Of a stretch of DNA of 64,000 nt, positions 25,181 to 37,100 are shown one piece after another; the first letter of the stretch is position 1, and every line of letters begins with the position of its first letter. A model generated the notes under the pieces. That model made no database searches, had not been told where the DNA came from, and saw only the letters and a program-made list of their open reading frames with translations. The stretch lies in NCBI GenBank assembly GCA_943704415.1, contig CALSCO010000975.1:1-64000 (forward strand), given 5' to 3'. Both the position numbers and the translations under genes were made by a program. The stretch is from Parvularia atlantis. Taxonomy: Eukaryota.

Positions 25181-28155
25181 TCATGCGTTTCGCGGACCGC
25201 TCCCGAGCCGCGCCGGCGGCGGCAGGCTCTTGAGCCGGAAGCGCACGTCCGCCTGCGGGCCGCCGGCGCCCGGGCCCGTGGCCGTCCAGCGCAGGACGTA
25301 CGTGCCAGGCTGGCTGACAACGATCTCGTCCGACACGACCTGCGTGGGCGCCGCGTAAGCACGCCGCGGAGCGTGAGGCGGCGCGCACCTGGCCCACGCG
25401 CACGCCGTCCGTCTCGCGCAGCGTCTTGAGCCGCTCGGGCGCGCGCGCATAGTTGAGGTCAAAGTCCGGCGTGTAGAGCAAGGCAAAGTGCACGGCGTCG
25501 CCCTGCGCCAGCTTGAATGTCCACGCAAGCGGCATTGGTCTGCGGGCACGCTCAGACCGCGCCGCGCGCGAGGCCGCGGACGCACAGGCTGCCGTGGTGC
25601 CGGTGGTACAGCTCGAGCTCGATGGCCGACACCGCGATCGGGTGGTCGTACGACGCGCCGCGCGCGAACCGCTTCGAGACGATGTACCCCTCGGCATCCC
25701 TGTGGGGGTCCGTGTAGCCCTTGCTGAGCGGGTACGGCAGGCACCCGCCCTCGAAGCGGCACGAGCACAGGCCGCCAAGGAACCACTGTGAGCGGCGCGC
25801 GCGTGAGCAGCCTGCAGGCGAACGACGCGACCACGCACGGGCAGGTGTTCGGGCGGCACAAGCTCATGCAGCCGCTCCTGTGCGACGCCGTAAGTACAGG
25901 GTGCGCGCGCGCGGCACGTGCGCGCACATGGTAGTCGCTGCCGTAGATGCGGATCTTACTGAGCGTTCGCGCGGGCAGCTGGGCGCGCACGCGTGAGTCG
26001 CGCATGCACGCACACAGCGGGGCAGCCAGCGCGCGCACAAAGGGCTTGACAACCGTCCAGAACATCTGGAAGATGGCCGGCGCGTTGATGATCATGACGA
26101 CTGGGCAAGCGTGCACAGCGTCAGCCCGCGGCGGCGCGCGCCCCGGCACCGACGGCGACGCACCCTGCAGGCTCTCGGGGTAGTTGCTCTCGACCTTCTG
26201 GAGCTGTGTGTGTGTGTGTGTGTGTGCGCGCACGCGGTCGGTGCGACGGCGCAGCGCGGGCACGCCGCACACACCAGCCCCTGGAACAGCCGCAGCGTCG
26301 GCATGTAGAATTGGCGCAGGCCGAGGCCCTCAACGTCGAACACGATCGTGATGGACGGGCGGATCTTGCCGACGCTGCCGTGCGCGCGCGCAGTGTCAGC
26401 AAAGGGCCGGATGGCTGAGCGGCGGCGTGGCGCACCGATGCTCAATCTCGGGCAGGATCACGTTGCCGATCATCTCACAGCTCGACTGTGCCGCGCACAG
26501 GGGCCGTTAGCCCGCCACCAGCATGTACTCGCCTCGCACGCACGATGATCGCCGTCTCGAGCACCTCGCGCGTGATGTTTTGCCCCACGCCGCGCGCATC
26601 CGACGAGCCCTGCGCCCGCCCGGTCAGCGGGCCGCACTGCGACGCACGCCCCGCACACGCACGAGCGGGAAGAGTACGAGCGGCGAGCCGTCGCGCGTCC
26701 ACTTGTGGATGCACGAGCCCGAGTAATAGTTGAGCGTCTCAATGTCCCATTGGCCCGGGTTGTCGGTGCCGTTTGTGTCGCCAAACACGAACCCGCTGCG
26801 GCCGTGTCACGCAACTCACACGCCTGCGTGCTCCTGCTGCGCACCGCAGCGGCACGGGCGAGCACGACGAAAAGTCAAGCTGGTCCAGGCGCCGTTCGTG
26901 GCGAAAGCGTAGGTTGTCGTCGGCCATCGTCGCCGCGGCGGCCTGGTTGCGCGCTCTGCGTCAAGCCAGCGGCACGCGGGGGCCGCAGCACACGCACGAC
27001 GTCGCCATCGCGCGCGCGCAGGAAGCGCAACAGGCGCTCGTCGGGCACGCGCGCAAAGCACCGCCGCAGCTGCGCGACCTTGTCGATCTCCTCGTCCGTC
27101 TCGCGGAAGGCAAACTCTGACAGCGGCTGGGCGCAGCACGTCGGCAGCGCAGCAAAAGCGGCAGCGGCACACGCACGCGCAGCCGGTTGATCGGCTTGAC
27201 GGCTTCGTGGTGGGCGCGCGCATGCCCGGGCACGCGCTGCTCGTGCGCGGACGTCGCCGAGCCCGCCGTCGCCTCGGTGTCGCTGTCGTCCTCCTCAGCC
27301 GAGACGTACTCGCTGCGAGCCAGTGCGCGTCAGCCACGTGTACTCACGCCGACCGCACACGCGCCTGTCGCTCTCGACCGTGGCGGCGCGCGGCCGCTGC
27401 TGCACCATCGCCGTGCTCGCGTTGCTTCGACGCGCGTGCGATCAGAGCCACGCGCGCGATGCACGCACGCGGGCTCGCACCGCGACTCGCGCACGCCCAT
27501 GCCCGGCAGCGCCCCCCCGTTCTCGACGTCATTGATGGCCGCGTAGCTGTAGTCCGAGTACTTTGGCGCGAGGGGCGGGTGGCGCGCGTGCGCGCCTGGC
27601 TTGTGTAGGTGCAGCAGCATCTCGGCCACGACGGTGACGATCGCGAGCACCTGGCACAGGTACTGCGGCGCGACGGCAAAGTCGAACAGCATCGCCTTGA
27701 CGGCGAGGAAGACGATCGCGCCGACGAGGAAGACCTGCGGAGGAGCCGCGCGTTTGGTCGCCGGACGCCAACGGGCGCGGCGCGCGTCGCCGCACCGTCA
27801 CCAGCAAGCGCGGCGGGCAGCGCGTCGCGCACAGCGTCAGCAGCACGCCCTTGAGCAGCGAGAACATCTGTGCCAGCGCGGCCCCCCCTCGGTGAGCGCC
27901 GCGTGCGCGCTCTCGACCCACCCAAAACACGGCACCCAGACGTCGAACTGCGACGTCGCGAAGCCGTACGCGCGCGTCTCGCCGTCCAGGAACACGTCGA
28001 GCGGCTCGCCGCGCGCCCCGGCCGTGCACAGGTACGCCGACGTCACGCCCGCCGCCGCCACGACCTCGAGCGCGACGTACTGCGGACGACGCTCAGCGCG
28101 GCGTCACGGTGTGTGTGTGTGGGGGGCAGGTCACGTGCCGCACCTTCGCCGCCAT
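25181..28155 (-). CDS. SEC14-like CRAL-TRIO lipid-binding protein with a GOLD-like C-terminus and a hydrophobic N-terminal region (one gene assumed)
   Basis: DERLLRFLRARDGDV, IVFDVEGLGLRQFY, ESNYPESL, IINAPAIFQMFWTVVKPF, SKIRIYG; PGTYVLRW; upstream exons VFLVGAIVFLAVKAMLF and VLAIVTVVAEMLL. Confidence 0.75.
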
Positions 28156-28175
28156 TTCCTTGCTAAGTGGTGCGT

Positions 28176-29745
28176 ATGGATCTCGTTGCTCTCGCGCTGG
28201 TCGAGCGGGACCGCAACGCCGACGTCCTGGTGGTGCGCCGCGCGGCGCGCCGCGCGTGCTGCGCGTGCCCGTTGACGTGCCATGCGGCAGACGTGGTCGT
28301 ACCCGCTGCTGCCCGAGGGCTGCGACGCGGCCGTGCTGCCCAAGATGGCCCTCGGCGACCCGGCTGTGCCGCCGCCGCCGTTCCTCTTCCTGCGCCACAA
28401 GGAGCTGTGGGTCTACGCCGTCACGACGACCGCGACGCCCTTCCCGGGCCTGCCGAAAGTGCGCCGCCGGCCGTGCGCGCGCACGCTTTGCTCACGGCCG
28501 GCCGCGCAGATCAGCGCCGCGTCCACCATCCTCTTCGCGAAGGCGCGCCGCGCCGCTCGCCCCCGCACAGAGATGCGCTCTGACCGCGCGATCTCGCACC
28601 GCGCAAACTCGCAGAACTTCAACCCGGAAAAGTACCGGGACCTCGCGACCAAGCTGCTGGCGGTGCACACGGCCTCGGGCGCGCCGCCGCGCGTGCTGCA
28701 GGCGTACCTCGCCGTGATGGCGCGCGGCGCGCACGACTTTGGCGGGTCGCTCGGGCCGTTCGCGCTGGGCGACTACGACGACCGGCGCGCTCTGACGATG
28801 GTTGGGCTGAAGGGTGCGCGAGGGTGATGGCGACAGGGGCGCGCGCGGCCCAACACGCGCGCGCGCTGGCAGACCTCATCAGCTCGTTCAAGACCGAGAG
28901 CATCCTGATCTATAACGCCGTGCTGCTCAAGAAGCGCATCGTCGTGTACTCGGCCAGCGTCGAGCGGCTGCAGCAGGCGACGCGGTGCGCGCGTGGTGGC
29001 GGCGCGGATCGATCTGTCCGGCTCACGCGTCCCGCTGGCAGCACCTTGCCAGCGCTCGCCTGGCACCGCCAAAACTGGGCGCTCGTGCGCCCGTACGTGC
29101 TCTGGAACGACACGGAGCTGCAGGTGCGCGCGTGCGTCGTCGCCCGTGGCAGCAAGGCGATGACCGTCTCGCACGCGCATGCGCATGCAGGAGCTGAGCA
29201 CGCTCGGTGTGTACATTGCGGGCTTCACCGACCGGTCGATCGAGAACCGCGAGGACCTTTACGACCTGTTCCTGGACGGTGCGCGGCCCGCTGTCTTCCT
29301 GGCCCTTGCTGACGGACGCGCGCGCACGGCAGTCGATGACAGCACCGCGATCGTCGCGCAGCAGGCCAAGGGTGCGTCGCGCGGGCGTCGTGCGGCGTGC
29401 GCCTGACAGAGTGGCCAGGCGACTTCATGATGGGCAAGGCGCACAAGGAGCTGGTGCAGTTCCTGATCGCGACCGCGCAGGACGCCGAGAACAACAGCGA
29501 GGGGCAGCTGATCAAGGTGCGGGCACCGCCGCGTGCGCGCGAGAGCCTGTGGCCCATGCTCGCTCGCGCACGCGGCACAGGCCATCTCGCAGCGGACAAA
29601 GCAGTTTGTGACGACGCTCGACGAGCTCACGGACGCCGCGACGGGCCGCGTCACGGTCGAGGCCATCAAGGCCAAGGAGATGCCCACGGCCATGTCGCGC
29701 TTCTACTGGAACCTGGCGCTGGCCGAGGACCGCGCCAGCCTATGA
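28176..29745 (+). CDS. DENND10: DENN domain protein 10 (FAM45A)
   Basis: [79 protein letters not shown]. Confidence 0.88.
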
Positions 29746-29919
29746 GCGCGACCCCCTCCGCGCGCGCGTGTGTGTGTTGCACGCGTGCGTGTTCGCCATC
29801 GGTCGTCTCTGCAGCCCCACGTGCGTACAAACAGGCGCGGCGCGGGCCAGGAAAAGAGAGAGAGAGAGAGAGGACGGTCGGGCCGCCGCGCGCGGGTCTG
29901 GGTTCGCTGGGCACGACGC

Positions 29920-31008
29920 TTAGATGATGCCGATCTGCGCGCGCGGGCGTGAGCGCTGCGATCCGGCCGCGCGCATGAGGGCGCACCTTGCTAGCCACGT
30001 CGGTCGCCTCCTGGTCAGGCGACAGGCGCACGTACGCCTTCTTTTTCCCGTCGGGCCGGATGAGCGTGTTGATCTTGGCCGCCTTGATCTCGTACAGGCC
30101 CTTGACCGCGAGCTTGATCTGGTTCTTGTTTGCCCGGGGGTCGCACAGGAAGACGAGCGTGTTGTTCTCCTCGATCTTCTTGATGGCCGTCTCGGTCGTG
30201 AGCGGGTGCTTGACCACCGAGAACTTGTCCAGCTTGGGCTTGGCGGGCGCTGCGACGGGCAGCGGTCAGCGGCCTGGCCGCACACAACGCGATCAAAGCG
30301 CACCAGAGTGGCGCAGGTACTTGGGCTTGCGCGGCAGGGCCAGCGTCTTCGGGCGGCGGAAGGTGACCGACGTGCGCAGCTTGCGGTGCGCTTTCGTGTG
30401 CACGCCCTGCGTCGTCGCCTTCTTGGCCTTGAGCGCCTTGTCGGTGGCGGCCTGGGGACGGACGGGCGAGCGCGTCAGCGCACGGCACATGGGGCGCAGC
30501 CCGTCGCCCGCACCTTCTTCGGGTCCTTGCTCACCGCCTTGCCAACGGCCTTGCCAGCTGCCTTGCCAGCAGCCTTGCCTGCTGCCTTGCCCGCTGCCTT
30601 GCCCGCTGCCGGCGCGGCCGACGACGACGACGCTGCGGCAGCGGCCGGCGCGGCGGCCTTCTTCTCGTCTGCGCGGCGCGCGAGTTCAGCGGCACTGCAC
30701 AAGGGAGCAGCAGCAACAGCAGCAGCAGCAACAGCAGCAGCAGCAACAGCAGCGAGAGCAGAGACAGCAGCGGGTCCGTCAGCCGCCGTAGAACGGGGCT
30801 CACAGGTTGTCCTCACGCGTTGTTCGGAACAGGTCTGTGTGAATTCTCGACTCATCAACCGGAGCCCGCTGGCCTCCACGGCCGCCGCCGCCCCGCCGCA
30901 CGTGGCCCCATGCGGCGGCACGCGACGAGAGGCGCAGAGACAGAAAGAGGAGGGCGGAGCGGGGGCGCAGAGTGCGAATGCGGCCCACGCACCCTTCTTC
31001 GGTGCCAT
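29920..31008 (-). CDS. RPL23A: 60S ribosomal protein L23a (uL23) with Ala/Lys-rich N-terminal extension
   Basis: MAPKK|...[22 protein letters not shown]...[19 protein letters not shown]...[16 protein letters not shown]...|IGII*. Confidence 0.97.
30707..30753. repeat. CAG/CAA trinucleotide microsatellite in RPL23A intron 1
   Basis: agcagcagcaacagcagcagcagcaacagcagcagcagcaacagcagc. Confidence 0.85.
30768..30871 (-). ncRNA. Intronic box C/D snoRNA, putative snR56/SNORD25-like guide for 18S rRNA
   Basis: Minus strand: terminal stem CAGCGGG(C)UCCG..CGGACCCGCUG, box C UUGAUGA (30852-30858), guide CACAGACCUGUU (30828-30839) complementary to the conserved 18S sequence AACAGGUCUGUG, D' CCGA, C' GUGAGGA, box D CUGA (30779-30782). 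Confidence 0.85.
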
Positions 31009-31176
31009 CGGCTCGGTTCCCTCGGTTCCGGGGCGGCGACCTGCGGCGCATCGTGGCGCGTGAGCCATCCGTGCGCAGCGCGCGCCCATCCACCGCATCC
31101 GCATGCTTGCGGCGGGCAGATGCGTGCGCGCGCGCGCGAGACGGCGCGACGTGGGTTCGCGAGCGTGTGTGGGAAA

Positions 31177-34100
31177 ATGCCTACGGATCCGTTAGCACTT
31201 GACTGGTGAGTGCGGTGCATGCTCACTCGTGTTTCGTCCGCGCGTCGCCCACATGGCCAGCATGGCCGCGACGGCCGCGTTCGACACGCTGCGCCGGCAG
31301 CGCGAGGCCGTGGGGCTGGCTGGCGAGCAGAACGCAAACCTGCAGGTGCCGTGCGCGCGCACGCGTGTGCGGGCTGAGTGCGTGCGCCGCGCTGCAGAAG
31401 CTGATCCGGCCGCACATCGAGTCGTTCAACTACATGCTCGACTACGGCCTCGCCCGGCTCATCGAGGGCCTGGACAAGCGCGACGTGGCCGACGCGAGCG
31501 GCAACCGGCTCAAGTGTGCGTGGGCCCACATGCTGCGGCGCACGTGAGCTCACCGGCCGCGCGCGCAGTCTGGATCCGCAGCATCGAGGTCGGCAAGCCT
31601 ATGCTGCCCGACCGCGTCAAGGCCGCCACCAAGCTCATCTACCCGGGCGAGTGCCGCGAGCGCGGCGTGACGTACAAGGGCCGCATGTCGATTGAGCTGT
31701 GCTACTCGGTCAACGACGGGCCCGTGCACACCGACACGCGCATGATCGGCCACATGCCCGTCATGGTCAAGTCCAAGGTGCGAGCGTGCTCGCATCACGT
31801 GCGCACGCGCGGACGCACGCCGCCGCGCAGCGCTGCAACCTGCACGGCCTCAAGCCCAAGCAGCTCGTGCGCCGCCACGAGGACACAGAGGAGCTGGGCG
31901 GGTACTTTGTCTGCAACGGCATCGAGAAGCTCATCCGCCTCCTGATTGTGCCGCGGCGGCACCAGGTGCGTCATCGTCGCGCGCCTGCCGCTCTGCCGCT
32001 CGGGCCAACCGGTCGGCCGCGCAGATCCTCGCCATCACGCGCTCGTCGTTCGCGCGGCGCGGGCCCAACTACTCGAACCACGGCGCGAGCATTCGCTGCG
32101 TGCGCCCGGACCAGTCGGCGCAGGTGCCGCGCGACCCGTGGCGCGCACACCCCGTGCTGACAACCCTCCCAGACAATCACCGTGCACTACCTCAACGACG
32201 GCGACTGTACGCTGCGCTTCTCGTTCCGCAAGCGCGAGTACATCATCCCCGTCGTGCTCGTGCTCAAGGCGCGACGTCGCCGCCACGCCGTCCACCGATG
32301 TGCTAACGGCGCGCGGTGCAGGCACTCGTCAGCACAAGCGACCGCGACATCTACGAGGCCATCGTGCAGAACAACTACGCCAACACGTTCCTGACGGAGC
32401 GCATCGAGGCGATGCTGTCCAAGGCCAAGACGTTTGCACTACACACACGCGAGCAGATCCTCGCGTACATCGGTGCGCACACGCGCGCGCACGCGCTGGT
32501 GCCCCACTGGCCCGCGCTCGACTGACGCCTAGGCAGGCTCGCGCTTCTCGGTCGTGCTCAACCTGTCCGACACGCTGACGGACGTGCAGCTGGGCGAGGA
32601 GCTGCTGCGGCGGATCGTGTTTGTGCACCTGGACAACGCGCAGGACAAGTTCAACCTGCTCGTGTGCGTGCGCGCGGTGTGCGCGTGCGTGCGCGAGCCC
32701 GCAGCTCATGTGTGTTGCGCGCCGCGCAGGTGCATGATCCAGAAGCTGATGGCCCTCGTCGCGGGCGACTGCGCGCCCGACAACCCCGACTCGGCCATGA
32801 ACCACGAGATCCTGCTGCCGGGCCACCTGTTCCAGATGTTTGTCAAGGTCTGGCCCGTGTCGAGGCGCTGCGTCAGCCTGCCGCTCACGACGGCGACCCG
32901 CAGGAGAAGCTGGACGACTTCCTGGCGGCGATCCGCGCGCAGATCGCCAAGGAGGTCCGCGATACGCCGTCGTCCGCCAACCTGTTTGACCGTGAGCGCA
33001 ACCGCGGCGAGCCGCTGCACGCGCAGCGCTGACGCTCGCGCGCGCCGCACAGTCAACTACATCAAGCGCACCGTCACCAAGATCAACTCGGACGTCGGCC
33101 GCAAGCTCGAGTACCTGCTGGCGACGGGCAACCTCGTCACGCTGTCGGGCCTTGATCTGCAACAGGTGCGTCGCATGTGGCTGCGCCGCACTGTGCCCGT
33201 CGCTGATCGCTTGTTCAGGTGTCGGGCTACACGATCGTCGGCGAGAAGCTCAACTTCCTGCGCTACCTGTCGCACTTCCGCTCGGTGCACCGCGGCGCGT
33301 TCTTTGCCGAGATCCGCACAACCACCGTGCGCAAGCTGCTGCCCGAGTCGTGGGGTGCAGCGTCGCGCCCGCGTTGCCCGCCCGCTGCTGACAGGCCGCG
33401 CGTCGCAGGCTTCCTCTGCCCCGTGCACACACCCGACGGCGCCCCCTGCGGCCTGCTGAACCACCTCACGCACGTGTGCGAGGTCATCAACGAGGAGGCC
33501 GACACCGCGGTGCTGCCCGGCGTGCTAGTCTCGCTCGGGCTCACGCCTATCGGCTCGGGCGCGTTTGAGCCGCATCACCTGCCGGTGCTGCTCGACGGCC
33601 GCGTCGTGGGCCGCTGCACGGCGGCGACGGCGCAGAAGATCGCCGCGCAGCTGCGCGTGCTCAAGGTGCGTCGGGCGGCGTTGCCGGCATCACGGACAAT
33701 GCTGACGACGCGGTGCGTGCGCGCGCGCTCTTGCAGTGCAGTCGCGCCGTGGGCGTGCCACAGTCGCTCGAGATCGGCCTGGTGCCGCCGTCGCAGGCAC
33801 GTGCTGGCCGTGCGTCTGCGTACCACGGGCTGCCTGCGTGACGTCGCGCGTGCTCGCAGGGTGGCGGGTTTGCCGGCCTGTTTCTGTTTGCGGGCGTCGC
33901 GCGCATGATGCGCCCGGTGCGCAACCTCGCACTGGACGCGGTGGAGCTCGTGGGGTCGTTCGAGCAGGTGCGCTGTGCGGTGCCGTCGCGCGCGCGGGCT
34001 GCCTGACGAGAGTGCGCATGACGGCCAGGTGTACATGGACATCGCGTGCCTGCCGCAGGACGTGCACACGGGCGTGACGACGCACATCGAGCTCTCGCCC

Positions 34101-37100
34101 GTCAACATGCTCTCGGTCGTGGCCAACATCACGCCGTTCTCCGACTTCAACCAGAGCCCGCGCAACATGTACCAGGTGCGGCAAGCGCGGCCGCTCGCCC
34201 GCAAAGCGCGCTGACCGTGGGCCGCGCAGTGCGTCAGCGCCGACCACGACGTGCTCACGCGCGACGGCTGGCGCTCGATTACGCACGTGACCGTGGGCGA
34301 CGAGGTGCTCACGTTCAACGCGGCGACCGAGGCGCAGGAGTGGCAGGCCGTCAGCGCCGTGCTGAACGAGCCATGCGCCGAGACGTGGTACCGCCTGCGC
34401 AGCGACAAAATGGACGCCGTCGTGACCGATGACCACCGCTGGCTCGTCAACACGCGCGACGAGCGCACGACATGGCGTTTCGTCAACACGAAGGACCTGC
34501 GCGAGGGCCGCGCCGAGCCGAGACGCATTAAAGGCGTGCGCAAGAGTCAGTGGGATGGCGGCGTGCACCGCAACCACTCGGCGCCGCTCGTCGGCCGCAA
34601 CGCGAGCGCGCTGCACGGCTTTGACGGTGCAAGCTTCCTCTCGGCGGCGTTCCGCGCGGACGAGCGCACCAACCTCGACTTTTGCCGCCTCGTGGGCCTG
34701 TTCCTCGGCGCGGGCGCCCTGGATGAGGGGCGATGCACCGCTCTGCTGCAGCCGCTGAGCGCACACGATCACGCGGGCTACGCCGAGGAGCTGCTGCGGC
34801 GCCTGCAAGACGCGCTGCCTGAGGTCTTTGCGGCGACGGCGCACGTGCGGCAAGACAAGGGCGCGACCGTGCTCTGCCTCCAGTCGCGCGAGCTGCACGA
34901 CTTTCTGGCGCCGATGGCGCACGGACCCGCCGGCTTTGACCCGTCGTCGCCCGACGCCGTGCGGGCGTACGACGCCTCGGTCTGGTACCGCCGTGCCCGT
35001 GACAGCTCGAGCGACGTGGCTGGCGCCGACGCCAGCTGGACATTCACGCGCCGCTGGCTGTTCTACCCGTGGCGCATGCTGCTCTCGCGCGACCAGGCGC
35101 GCGCGCTGCTCGAGGGCTTCATGGCCGCGTGCGGCGACATTGACGAGGTCGTCGCGGCGCGGCGCGGCTCGCAGCTACCGGTGCCGCTGATCAACCGCGG
35201 GCGCGTGATGGGCGTCTGTGCAAGCCTCCCGCTCGTCAACGACCTGTGCGCCGTGGCGCTGCTCGCCGAGGGCCGGCCAAGGGTGCACGCCAAATGCGAG
35301 GCGGCCGAGACGGGCGCGAGGTGGACGCTCGCGGTCTCGTTCGACGACAGCGAGCTATACGCGGCCCTGCCACAGCCCCAGGCCTACGTCAACCCGGCCG
35401 ACGACGGCCGCAAGTACTGCCTGTCCGTGCCGGCGCAGAACTTCCTCGCGCGGCGCAAGACACTCTGGGGCCCCGACGGTGCCGCGCTCGACTGCAGCCA
35501 GTCGCCGTTCTTCACTGGCAACTGCCAGATGGGCAAGCAGTCGATGGGCACGCCGACGCACTCGTACCCGTACCGCGCCGACAACAAGCTGTACCGGCTG
35601 CTCTTCCCGCAGTCGTGTGTGGCCAGCGAGCAGCACGAACGGTCGCTGACATGCGTGCACAGGCCCGTTGTGCGCCCGGCCCTCTACGACCACTACGGCT
35701 TCGACAACTACCCCAACGGCATGAACGCAGTGGTCGCCGTGATCGCGTACACGGGCTATGACATGGAGGACGCGATGGTGCGCGCGCGCGCACGCGCGAA
35801 GTCAACCGTGCGGTCGCATGTGCTGACGGCCTCGCCCACCGCAGATCCTCAACAAGTCGGCCTTTGAACGCGGCTTTGGCAACGGCATGATCTACAAGAC
35901 CGAGATTGCCGACCTGTCCAAGTACCGCAAGAAGGGCGAGCCGATCCACCACCGTTTCGGGATCAAGGACCGGCGTGAGGTCCGCGGCAAGCTCGACTCA
36001 GACGGACTTCCGTGCGTTGCGGGTCGTTGCGTGTGCGCGGCCGCCGTTGAACTCTCTTGTGCAGCTTTGTCGGCACGCGCCTTGAGGACGGCGACCCGCT
36101 GTACAGCGTGCTCGACGAGACGACGGGCATCTGCCGCATCGAGCGCTACAAGAGTCCCGACCCGGCGTACGTGGAGCAAGTGCGGCTGATCGGTAGCCGA
36201 CCGCTGCATCAGTGTGTGTGTGTGCGCGCACGTTGACCTGAGCGGGGCGCAGGCAACGACAGCGGCGACGAGATGCTGCAGAAGATCGCGATCACGCTCA
36301 GAATACCGCGCCAGCCGACCATTGGCGACAAATTCTCGTCCCGCCACGGGCAGAAGGGCGTGTGCAGCATCAAGTGGCCCGCGGTCGACATGCCCTTCAG
36401 CGAGTCGGGCATGATGCCGGACGTGATCATCAACCCGAACGCGTTCCCCTCGCGCATGACCATCGGCATGCTCGTTGAGAGCATGGCGGGCAAGGCCGGG
36501 GCGCTGCACGCGCTGTGCCAGGATGCGACGCCGTTCAAGTGCGCCGGGCAGCGCGCCCGCACGCGCCGCATGTGTGGCTGACGCCGGCCTGCGCAGGTTC
36601 AATGAGAAGCACCGCGCGGTCGACTACTTTGGTGAGCAGCTGCGCGCGGCGGGGTACAACTACTACGGCAACGAGCCCATGTACAGGTGTGCCGCGCGAC
36701 TGCCCTGGTCGGGCTGCGCCGCGCTGACGTCGGTCGATGTCGCGCGCACCAGCGGCATCACGGGCACCGAGTTTCACGCCGACATCTACCTGGGCGTGGT
36801 GTACTACCAGCGCCTGCGGCACATGGTCTCGGACAAGTTCCAGGTCCGCACGACCGGCCCCGTGCACAACCTGACGCAGCAGCCCGTCAAGGTGCGCCCG
36901 CCGTGCCCGCGCGCCGTGCGCGCCGTAGCCTCAGCCGCCCGCGCGCCGCTCCAGGGCCGCAAGCGCGCTGGCGGCATCCGCTTTGGCGAGATGGAGCGCG
37001 ACTCGCTGCTCGCGCACGGCGTGTCGTTCATGCTGCAGGACCGCCTGATGAACAACTCGGATTACTCGCAGGTGCGGCGTGTGTGCGCGCGCGCGCGACG

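Noticed and set aside
30707..30753. Apparent polyglutamine or polyleucine protein
   Set aside because: It lies within RPL23A intron 1 and is a microsatellite
34176..35528. Alternative splicing from the junction donor (34176) to the CAG at 35526-35528, which would remove the intein at the RNA level
   Set aside because: It would also delete the conserved Cys-Gln (giving MYQMGKQ) in the polymerase core, and no strong CTGAC branch site precedes that AG; worth only a quick RNA-seq check
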